From assembly GCA_964406895.1 (NCBI GenBank), contig CAYOTK010000005.1:7484-71483 (forward strand): 64,000 nt of DNA, read 5' to 3'. The position numbers and the translations under genes are program-made. The notes under the pieces are model-generated. The model was given only the letters and a program-made list of their open reading frames with translations. It was not told the DNA's origin and did not search any database. The DNA is from an uncultured Candidatus Saccharibacteria bacterium (lineage in GTDB: Bacteria > Patescibacteriota > Minisyncoccia > Phycocordibacterales > PALSA-1337). Positions 30,021-40,400 of the stretch are shown here, in pieces; position 1 is the first letter of the stretch; the number at the start of each line of letters is the position of its first letter.

Positions 30021-31085
30021 ATGAATTCAAAAATCTCACAATATTTTTTGATTAGCTTAATAATAGTTGTGGTGGTGTTGGCAGTCTTTATATTCCTGCC
30101 ATTTATGACGCCGATAGTTCTCGCTGCGGCTTTATCAGTCATATTCAAACCAATACACAGATGGATACAAAGAGTATTTTTCCCGAAAAACGAAAGAAGT
30201 AGCTTCGCGGCACTCATATCGGTCATACTCATCGTCGTTATCGTTCTTATTCCACTATTACTAATAGCGGGCAGTATATATTCTGAAGTTCAGAACATGT
30301 ATTCATATTTGGCTGATGAATCAGGCAGATCACAGTTTATTTCTATGCTTAACAATGTTTCTGAAGCTGGATCCAAGATTTTCCTCAACATGTACACGCC
30401 TCAGTCATTTGACTCTTTCAACATTACAAAGATTATTACTAAGGGTCTAGAATGGGTATTCTCAAACATAGATGTTGTATTTGGAGGGGCGTCTAAGATA
30501 GCGTTGCATGTATTCATCATGTTCTTGGCATTGTTTTATTTCTTGAGAGATGGAAGAGAACTTCGTAGGCAGATCATTTCTATAAGTCCTCTTATGGATG
30601 AGCAAGATGATAGAGTTTTGAAGAAACTCGAAATTGCTGTGTATTCTATATTCGCTGGAAGTTTGGCGGTGGCTATCATTCAAGGTATTTTGACCGGAAT
30701 AGGTTTCTACATATTTGGAGTGCCTAGTCCAACTCTGTGGGGAGCAACGGCTTCTATATCTGCTCTTATACCCGGTGTGGGCACGTCACTCGTCTTGGGT
30801 CCGGGAATACTTTATTTGTTTTTGATCGGATCAAAGTCACAAGCTATAGGTTTGCTTGTGTGGAGCATATTTGCAGTAGGTCTTATAGATAATTTCTTGC
30901 AACCCTCACTCGTAAATAGGGGAGTTAAAATACATCCATTCATAATATTGGTCTCTGTTTTGGGAGGTTTGAGTTTTTTTGGTATAGTAGGATTCGTTCT
31001 TGGCCCAATAATTCTAGCCTTTCTCTTTGCTTTGCTCGAAATATACAAGTCTGGACAAAAACCCACAATAAGTCATAATATCTAG
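30021..31085 (+). CDS. AI-2E family transporter
   Basis: Multi-TM; 'LFYFLRDG', 'IPGVG', 'IDNFLQP', 'GFVLGP'. Confidence 0.9.
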   Translation: MNSKISQYFLISLIIVVVVLAVFIFLPFMTPIVLAAALSVIFKPIHRWIQRVFFPKNERSSFAALISVILIVVIVLIPLLLIAGSIYSEVQNMYSYLADESGRSQFISMLNNVSEAGSKIFLNMYTPQSFDSFNITKIITKGLEWVFSNIDVVFGGASKIALHVFIMFLALFYFLRDGRELRRQIISISPLMDEQDDRVLKKLEIAVYSIFAGSLAVAIIQGILTGIGFYIFGVPSPTLWGATASISALIPGVGTSLVLGPGILYLFLIGSKSQAIGLLVWSIFAVGLIDNFLQPSLVNRGVKIHPFIILVSVLGGLSFFGIVGFVLGPIILAFLFALLEIYKSGQKPTISHNI

Positions 31086-31088
31086 CCT

Positions 31089-32066
31089 ATGGCTTTTATA
31101 GACGAAATACAATTTCATGCCCGCGCAGGAAACGGTGGTGATGGCGTTGTGCGATGGAGACATGAGAAAAATAAAGAATATTCTGGCGCTGCAGGCGGTA
31201 ATGGTGGTCCTGGTGGTGATGTTTATGTGCGCGCAGTCAACGATATAAGTATTTTGACCAAATACAAAACAACGAAGTCTTTCGAGGCCAGGAATGGTTT
31301 CGCGGGTAGTAATTGGAGTAGGCAGGGCAGGTCAGGTGAAGATTGTTATATTGATTTGCCCGTCGGTTCAGTTATAAGAAATGTTGAAAGCGGTTTTAGT
31401 GTAGAACTTATGCAGGCAGGTCAAGTCGAGAAGATATTGCACGGAGGAAGAGGCGGGCTTGGCAATGAACATTTCAAGGCTTCGACAAATATAAGACCAG
31501 AACAATCAACAGATGGCAGAGAAGGTGAATCAGGAGATTTTGTAGTGGAATTAAATCTTATTGCTGACGCTGGTTTTATCGGGCTTCCAAATGCTGGCAA
31601 ATCTAGTCTGCTTAATGCTCTTACCAATTCCAATGCAAAAGTAGGCAGTTATGCCTTCACGACCCTGGATCCGAACCTTGGAGTGCTTCATGGTTATGTT
31701 TTGGCCGATATACCTGGAATCATTGAGGGCGCCTCAGAGGGCAAGGGCCTGGGCTTTAAATTCTTGAAACACGTGAAGAGAACATCACTTCTAATACATC
31801 TCGTATCAGTTGAGAATGATGATGTTGTGGAGACTTACAATTCTATAAGAGCAGAACTCGAAAAATACGGCGAAGGACTAAGAGATAAGCCGGAAATAAT
31901 AGTATTAACTAAAATTGATCTTATAGACAAGAAGAAACAAAAAGAACTTCAATCTACGATGAAAAAAGCCGGATTGAAAGCTCTTTTGGTTTCAGTTTTG
32001 GATGATGAAAGCGTCAAAAAATTGAGCACAGAAATTGTCAAAAAAATAGAGAAATTGCGAAAATAA
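31089..32066 (+). CDS. obgE: GTPase ObgE/CgtA (lacks C-terminal OCT extension)
   Basis: Gly-rich Obg domain; GLPNAGKS, FTTLDPNLG, DIPG, TKID. Confidence 0.96.
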   Translation: MAFIDEIQFHARAGNGGDGVVRWRHEKNKEYSGAAGGNGGPGGDVYVRAVNDISILTKYKTTKSFEARNGFAGSNWSRQGRSGEDCYIDLPVGSVIRNVESGFSVELMQAGQVEKILHGGRGGLGNEHFKASTNIRPEQSTDGREGESGDFVVELNLIADAGFIGLPNAGKSSLLNALTNSNAKVGSYAFTTLDPNLGVLHGYVLADIPGIIEGASEGKGLGFKFLKHVKRTSLLIHLVSVENDDVVETYNSIRAELEKYGEGLRDKPEIIVLTKIDLIDKKKQKELQSTMKKAGLKALLVSVLDDESVKKLSTEIVKKIEKLRK

Positions 32067-32070
32067 AATA

Positions 32071-33570
32071 TTATTTGAGCTTTTCCAAGAATAGTTTGCT
32101 CAATATACCTGGGTTTGCTGAGCCTTTGGTTGCTTTCATGGCTTGTCCTATGAGGAATTGGAGAGATGCTGTCTTGCCAGCTTTGAATTCGGTTATGGCT
32201 TTTGGATTTTTCGAAATTATATCATCTATGATTGGAGCGAGATCACCCTCATTGCTTTTTTGTATTAAGTCCTTTTCTTTTGCTATTGTTGATGGCGAAT
32301 TTTGTTTGTTTCCAGCCTTAGTGTTGAACATATCCAACAATATTTCTTTGGCTCCTCTCGATGATATTTCGTTTGCCGATATCATATCGATTAGTTCGGC
32401 AAAGTATTCAGGAATTATATAACCCCTACTTTTTTCGGTGATTATTTTTTCATATGAATCAGATTTTGATGAACCTTGGTCAGTCATACTGTTAAGTAGA
32501 GAAATATAATCACTTAAGAAATAATTTGTGACTAGACGAATTTTGTTTTTGTCCTTCGGGAAATGTGCTGTGATTTTTTCATAATAGTCTGCAAGAGCAG
32601 GGGAGTCCACGAAAATAGCCACCTCTTTTTCATTCAAGGAATAATCTTGAGTGAAACGATTTCTTTTTTGCCAAGGAAGTTCTGGCAGTGAGTTTGATAT
32701 TGATTGCTTAGAAAATTCTTTAATCTCCGAAATTTTTAGTTTCGGAATATCAGGCTCAGGGAAATATCTGTAGTCATGTGAACTTTCTTTGCTTCTCTGT
32801 GAATATGTTTCATTTTTCTTATCGTCCCAACCACGAGTTTCTTGCACGACCTTCTCGCTATTTTCTATTAGAGATATTTGTCTTTCTATCTCATACTCTA
32901 TCGCGCGCTCAACTGCTCTAAATGAGTTCAGATTTTTGACTTCAGTTTTCGTACCGAGAATGATTTTCTCATTAAGTGATTGCGGTTTTTTCGCTACAGA
33001 AATATTTGCTTCTACACGCATTTCGCCCTTCTCCATGTTTGCTTCTCCTGCTCCGAGATATCTAAGGAGAAGTTGCAGTTCTTTTGCGAAAGTTACGGCG
33101 CTCTTGGCATCATGAATCACGGGTTTTGTAACCAGTTCCATGAGAGGTACGCCCGAACGATTGTAGTTAACCAAACTCTTGTGATGAGTGTCGTGAGTCG
33201 ATTGAGCTGTGTCTTCTTCTAGATGTATTCTTTCAATCTCTATATTTGCTATTGAGCCACCTGAAACGAGAGGGTATTTGTACTGACTTATTTGATATCC
33301 TTTCGGAATATCAGGATAGAAATAGTTCTTTCTGTCCCATTCAGTAAAATCAGCGATTTGACCGCCTACAGCTACGCCAATTCTTATAACATTTCGTATG
33401 GCCTCATGATTTAACACAGGTAATGTGCCTGGATGACCAAGACAAATAGGGCAAATATTCTTATTAGGTCTGGATTCATCCGGATCATTTTTGCATGAGC
33501 AAAACATCTTAGAATTTGTCTTCATTTCGGCATGAATTTCTAGGCCTATTGTTGGTATATATTTGTCCAT
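32071..33570 (-). CDS. gatB: Asp/Glu-tRNA amidotransferase subunit B
   Basis: 'IGLEIH', 'RKNYFYPDIPKGYQISQ', 'HLEED', 'DYRYFPEPD'. Confidence 0.97.
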   Translation of the reverse strand: MDKYIPTIGLEIHAEMKTNSKMFCSCKNDPDESRPNKNICPICLGHPGTLPVLNHEAIRNVIRIGVAVGGQIADFTEWDRKNYFYPDIPKGYQISQYKYPLVSGGSIANIEIERIHLEEDTAQSTHDTHHKSLVNYNRSGVPLMELVTKPVIHDAKSAVTFAKELQLLLRYLGAGEANMEKGEMRVEANISVAKKPQSLNEKIILGTKTEVKNLNSFRAVERAIEYEIERQISLIENSEKVVQETRGWDDKKNETYSQRSKESSHDYRYFPEPDIPKLKISEIKEFSKQSISNSLPELPWQKRNRFTQDYSLNEKEVAIFVDSPALADYYEKITAHFPKDKNKIRLVTNYFLSDYISLLNSMTDQGSSKSDSYEKIITEKSRGYIIPEYFAELIDMISANEISSRGAKEILLDMFNTKAGNKQNSPSTIAKEKDLIQKSNEGDLAPIIDDIISKNPKAITEFKAGKTASLQFLIGQAMKATKGSANPGILSKLFLEKLK

Positions 33571-33616
33571 TTTAATATTAATTATTTATAGTTCGTCTAT
33601 CCGAGATAGTCATAAA

Positions 33617-33898
33617 TTAGGCCGTATCTCGGATGTCTCCATAGTCATCAATGTGTTTGACTTTCAATGTTTTAATTTTCTTAACCTTCTTTGGTATGTA
33701 TACTTTATCATAATTTGATCGAATTTTCCCTATAAGAAAGTCAATATCTTCGCGTTTGTATACTCGATAATTATTTAGAGGATGACGTAATGGTTTGAGC
33801 TTGCCAGACTTATCCCAATTACGCAGGGTAAGTGCAGTTACACCAAGCAAGGACGCTGCCTCCTTTATTGATATAAGTTCTTTGTGACTGTTCGACAT
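33617..33898 (-). CDS. MerR/excisionase-type HTH DNA-binding protein
   Basis: 'ISIKEAASLLGVTALTLRNWDKSGKLKPLRHPLNNYRVY'; start at MSNS 6 nt after a TATAAT. Confidence 0.85.
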   Translation of the reverse strand: MSNSHKELISIKEAASLLGVTALTLRNWDKSGKLKPLRHPLNNYRVYKREDIDFLIGKIRSNYDKVYIPKKVKKIKTLKVKHIDDYGDIRDTA

Positions 33899-34369
33899 GC
33901 AATGATTATATATCATAAAACTATTACAGAAAAGTTTTAAGTATCACAGATTAAAGAAATAGCGTCATGGTTGTCAGTTGATAGATGTGCGTGCAATGTC
34001 ACTTGAACAAAATCAGGCGGTGGGGATACAAGATAACAACGGATAATTATAAATAAGCCAAGCATTTAATTAACCAAATACATTATGAAACCTATATAAA
34101 CATTACTAGACCGTAATAAACAAATTGTCGAAAAATGTTGATTTTATAACCAATCGCTCTAAAAATTATTATATTAATCAGTATCGGTTTACTGTTGTTG
34201 GAAAGATGAAGTGTGTCAATTTTAAAATTTTTGTGAGTCATTTTTGTAAATTTTTTTGTGATTATTATCTCGGTCGAGTATTGGATGATCATAAATATTT
34301 AATAGTTTGTTGATATCATTAATATTTTTTATTTGATATTTTTTATTAGGGATTTTTTTAAATTAGCGC

Positions 34370-34378
34370 TTATCCACA
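34370..34378 (+). promoter_or_regulatory. Perfect DnaA-box consensus upstream of the giant protein gene
   Basis: TTATCCACA just upstream of TGaTATAAT. Confidence 0.4.
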
Positions 34379-34414
34379 GTTTTTTTTGCTCGTGACTTGA
34401 TATAATTTTTATGA

Positions 34415-37400
34415 ATGAAAGATACATTAATCATCGACGGAAAGGAATTCATCTCGTCTCGCCGAGCTGCCGAGATGACCAAGTACACCAACGATTATGT
34501 TGGACAACTTTGTCGTCAATCCAAAGTTGTTGCCAAGAGATTTGGGAGGGTATGGTTTATTGACAGAGATTCAATATTACAGTATAAAAAGAATCAGGAT
34601 AATTTACTTGGAATTTCAAATTTTGATGTTCGAGTTGATGACGCTCCAATTCTCAAAACTGTTGAGCCTGATAATTCGTTATTAGATACTTCTCATCAAT
34701 CAAAATTATCTGATCAAAATAATAAACCCCAGATAAAGAGTCAGAGTGACATAGTTTGGGACTTCAAACATTTTGAGGATGTTTCTCAAATTAAAGATTC
34801 AAATACTAAAAAGGAATTAGAAACTGCTTTAGTCAATATTAAGGGAAGAGCAAATAGGGCCATCGAAACTTTTGGAAAGTCATTACCGACAATTTTAGTT
34901 GCCATATTGCTTTCTGCTGGATCAGTTTTTTCTGCCTATTCATTTTCGTATCCAGATCAAGTTAATGACTTTATAGAAAAAAATCGTTCGAGAACAAGTA
35001 TAATTGTTTCTCAATATTCAGCGATCAAGAATCAATTTAATGTCAATGAAGGTCAGACAGCAAACATTATTGATTCTTCAATTAGTGATGTGAAGGATTT
35101 TGGTGTGTCTGCCTACATTGGATTCAGAGATTTTATTGTTTCGATATTTGGTACTAAGATAAAAACAAATAATAATCAATTTGTTAATACTCAAATTTAC
35201 ACCACACCAAACACTCCACCCATCACTACAATCATAAATCTTTCTAAAAAATCTTCATCTCAGACATCAGGCATAACAAATCAAAGTTTCAATTATTATG
35301 ATACTGGTTCGTATAGTTATCTGAATCAAAAAATTGATTCTTTGCGAGAAGATTTTAATAAATCTCTGTGGTTTGAAAAAGAACAAAACTACAGGATAGT
35401 AGAGAGTGTAAGTAAAACATCTCTGAATAGTAGTTCAAACAATCAAACTCAAGTTACGGATTTGTCTCAATTGACTGGTACTCTCGGAATAGGTCATGGT
35501 GGAACGGGTGTAGCGTCATTGTTATCGGGATTAATATATTCTGATGGTACTTCTGCTCTGAATTCGACTACATCTCCTTTGGTTGGTTCCATTTTTGCAT
35601 CAAGTACAATTGCTAATAATATATTCTTGGGTAATGTGGGCGTTGGCACAACTTCTCCTCTTTCTAAGCTTGATGTGTACGGAGATCTAATACTTTCTGG
35701 ATTGTCTCGTTATGTTAATTTTGGTGATGTTTCTGGTTCAAGTGGTTATGGTATTAGAGATAATGGAGGCATAATAGAATTTAAGAATACTGGCGGAACA
35801 TGGCTTGGTATTGGTTCTGGTGGAGGCGGTGGTTCTGATGGAAATTGGTCATATTTCAATGGTTCTGGAATAAGACTCGCCACAAGTTCCAATACTGTTT
35901 TGGTTGGCGCCAACTCTACGACTACATCGAGCAAGCTAGAAGTTATAGGTTCTGGATATTATTCTGGTAATTTAGGAATTGGCACAACTTCTCCTTGGAG
36001 AACATTATCTGTAAAAGGAAATTCTGATCTTGGTAATAATGCTCTGGCTGGCTCATTTACCGCCACATCAACAACCGCTTCTGTATTTCCTTATGCATCA
36101 TCTACTGCTGTAACAGTCTCTGGTAATCTTTATTTGAATTCTTATAACGGACCACTTCAGGCCAATAATGGTATTGTGTCTGCTACTACATCTATAGGGG
36201 TTGTTTACGGTGGAACGGGAGTCTCTACATTTGGTCAGGGTTGGATTTATTCTTCCGGTGGAACAACTGCTCTTGCGGCTTCAACGTCACCAACAGTGAA
36301 TTATTTGGTTTCTACTTCAACTACAGCAACTTCCACATTTGCTGGACCTATTTCTATAATTGGTTCTTCGGGACTAAATGTTCTTACTAATGGTCATGTC
36401 GGTATCGGCACATCAACGCCTGTCGGAAGTTTGTATGTTCCTGATCTGGTAACTCAAGCAATAGCATTTCCTTCGGGAGCAAATATTACATATCAGAGCG
36501 GATACAATGCTTATACAAACTTTAGTTCAGGCATAGGTATTGCTTCAGTGCCTTTTGCTACAGTAAACATTGATACTCCAAACAAGGTTGCATTATCTAA
36601 TATTTCGACGATTCAGTCCGGAGAATTAAACGTAAGATCAGGTGGCACTTTCGGTACAAAGACTGATTATACAACGGGAACTTTGCCAAGCGGAATATAT
36701 GTATCAGATATAAATAATGATGGAAAGAAAGATGTAATAACTGGTAACAATGGTAGTGACAACATATCTGTATTTCCTGGTAATGGAGATGGAACTCTTG
36801 GTTCTCGCACAAATTATTCTACTGGCACCGGATCTGGTCCGGCATTTGTGACAGCGGCTGATCTGAATGGTGACGGTTTCAATGATATTGTCGCAGCAGA
36901 TAATGCGTCAACAACAATGTCGGTCTTTATTAATAAAAAAGACGGAACATTTTTGGCGCACGTTGATTATATTTCAGGAACAACTCCTGGTGGAATAACA
37001 ATAAATGATTTCAATGGTGATGGAAAATCAGATATAGCTGTTTCAAATTATGGATCGAATACAATATCAGTTTTCATAAATAATGGCGACGGAACTTTTG
37101 CAAGTAAGGTGAATTATACAGTGGGTTCAGCGCCTACATATATAACTAGTGCAGATGTAAATGGCGATGGAAAGATCGATATTATATCTCCGAATTTCTC
37201 TTCCAATACTGTTTCTGTGCTCATGAATAATGGCAATGGCACATTTGCTACAAAGGTTGATTATGTAACAGCTGCCGGCCCGCAAACATCTGATGTCGGA
37301 GATGTAAATGGTGATGGAAAACCAGATATTGTAGTAGGAAATTACACTGGAAATAGCGCCTCTGTATTTCTAAACAACGGTAACGGTACTTTTGCTGCTA

Positions 37401-40400
37401 AGGTTGATTACACATTAGGTATTAACCCCGTTGATCTTCATCTCGCAGATTTTTCTGGTGATGGTAAACCTGACATTGCCGTTGTGAATTATACTGATAG
37501 TACTGTTTCTGTACTCATAAATAATGGCGACGGAACTTTTGCAAGTAAGGTGGATTATTCTACGAATACAGGACCATCTGCTGTTGCGATTGGAGATCTA
37601 AATAGAGATGGTGCCCCTGATATTGTTGTCGCTGACACGGACATAAACAAGGTTTCAGTTTTGTTAAATCAAACAAGTTCACTCTTGTATGCTCAAGCAA
37701 GTACAAATCGTGTTGCGATTGGTACTTCTACACCATACTCCAAATTCTCTGTATGGGGTACAGGAACCGGAACAAATAGATTGTTTGATCTTGTAAATTC
37801 TGCTTCAACAACGATTGCTTCATTCCTTGAAAATGGCACAGGTTATCTCCTTGGAAATATCGGAGTTGGTACTACATCTCCATATTCCAAATTAGCAATT
37901 ACAAATTCTTCTGCATCACAACCAGCTTTGAGTATTTATGGTTTCAATTCACAAACATCTCCTTTGATGCTTGTGGCTTCGACTACGGGTTCAGCTACAT
38001 CAACAGCATTTATTATTGATAATAATGGCAAGGTTGGTGTTGGCACATCATCACCTTATGTTCAATTGAGTGTGGCTGGTATTGGAGCATTCGATAGCTT
38101 GAATATAAACAGTAATGCTACTTCAACTTTTGTAGGAGGTATTCAGGCTAAGGCTCTAAACATAATAAGCACAACAGCAAGTTCAACGTTTGGAAATGGA
38201 ATAAGTTTGAGTAATGGTTGTTATGCAATAAATGGAACTTGTATTGGTGCTGGAACAATTGATGGTGCTGGGCTTGCAAACAAGTTAGCATTTTGGTCTG
38301 GAGCTTCTACAATCTCTTATAACAACAATCTTTCTTGGTTGAATTCTAGTAGTAGATTTGGAATCGGAACAAGTACACCGAATTGGGATTTGCAAGTCGC
38401 TTCGTCGAGTGGGGCTACAATAGCACTTACAGATACTTCTGCTTCAGCAAATACAAAACATTGGACGCTATCTTCTTTGGGTGGTAATTTCTATCTCTCT
38501 ACAAGCTCTGATTCTCTCAGTGCAAGTTCTAATTATATGTGGTTCGATACCAATAATTATGGTACATATTTGGGCAAGGATGCGGGTCGATTTAATTCAA
38601 TTGTTCCTGATTACGCTCAATACAATACTTTTGTTGGTTATGCTTCTGGACACGGCCCAAGCAGTTGGATTTCTGATAATAATACCGGTGTCGGTGCCTT
38701 GTCTCTGTACTCAGCTACAACTGGATATGACAATACTGCAATTGGTTATATGGCTTTGTATAACAATGTCGATGGTGATCAAAATATTGTGATTGGTAGT
38801 AATACTGGCACGAACATAGTAAATGGAAGTAGAAACATTATTATTGGTAGTAATATTGATGCCCCGTCTGATAATGGTTCTCTTTTGAATATAGGTAATA
38901 TTATTTATGGTAACAATATAGACGGATCATTAAGTACAATTTCTTCAGGTAATATTGGTATTGGTACAACTTCACCTGGAGCAAGATTCTCGATTAGTGG
39001 TGCTTCTGGAGGTTCGGTGCCGTTATTTGCAATTTCTTCTTCAACTGCTGGTTTTGCAACTTCAACATCTTTGATTGTGGATGCAAACGGCAAAGTCGGC
39101 ATTGGCACAACCACTCCATATACTCAGCTATCAGTAGCGGGAAATATTGCAGCAACAGGTCTAACATTGTCAGGAATAACTGGCTCAACACAATGTTTGA
39201 GAGTTAACGCTTCAGGAATTGTTTCTGGAACAGGTGCAGATTGTGGCACTTCTTCTGGTGCATCGTATGATTGGTTACAACAAACAAATACATTTGGTGT
39301 TAATTCTCTAACCCCAACTACAACAATACCAATATGGATCAAATCAACCGCCACATCAACATTTGCGGGTGGCATAGAATCATGGGACAAGATCGGCGCT
39401 CCATACTTCAATGCAACATCATCAACGGCTACCTCTACGTTTAATGGAGGTTTGATCGCTGCAAACGTAGGCAATTCATACGGTTTGTATGCTTTGTCTA
39501 GTACTGGTTATGTCGGTATTGGTACCAACTCACCATTTTATCCATTGTCAGTCATAACAAATGCCGACAACCTTGGTTTGCAGATAAGAAGAAATTCAGG
39601 TTCGACCAATACAACCAATGAAATTGGTTTCAGAGTGGCAAGTACAGAAGGATCAAATCTTGCAGGAATTAGATCTACTAGAGTTGATGCTGGCGCAGGT
39701 CATAGTCTTTCTTTCTTCACAAACCCTTCTGGCAATACACCAACAATAAGAATGACTCTTGCAAGTACTGGTGAAGTGGGTGTGGGTTCAACTACTCCTT
39801 GGGCCAGATTGTCTGTTAATGGTTCAAATGGCGGAACTACACCTTTGTTTGTGGTTGCATCTTCAACATCTGCCTATGCAACATCAACAGTGTTTATGAT
39901 TGATCAAAATGGTCAGGTTGGTATAGGTTCTAGTTCACCTATGTCTGTTTTCGGTATAGTTTCTCCTTACAAAGCTAATGTATCATTTGGAAATGGAACT
40001 GTTACAGGATATACCGGTATCGATAATGTTGATTCTGCTATAGATCTTGGAACATATTCCGCTCATCCTGTAAGGCTTGAAACAAGTGGTGTTGAAAGAT
40101 TGAGAGTATTATCGACAGGAAATATTGGTGTGGGTACAACATCTCCTTGGACTAATTTTGCTATTTCGGGATCAGCAGCACAATCTACTCCAATATTCGC
40201 CATCTCTACATCAACTGCTGGTTTTGCAACTTCCACCGCTTTCATTATCGACTCAAACGGCAAAGTTGGTATTGGCACAACCACTCCATATACTCAGCTA
40301 TCAGTAGCAGGAAATATTGCAGCAACAGGTCTAACATTGTCAGGAATTACAGGATCAACTCAATGTTTGAGAGTTGATGCCTCCGGAATTGTTTCTGGAA

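Noticed and set aside
33899-34414. Replication origin
   Set aside because: Only one clear DnaA box and no dnaA/dnaN nearby
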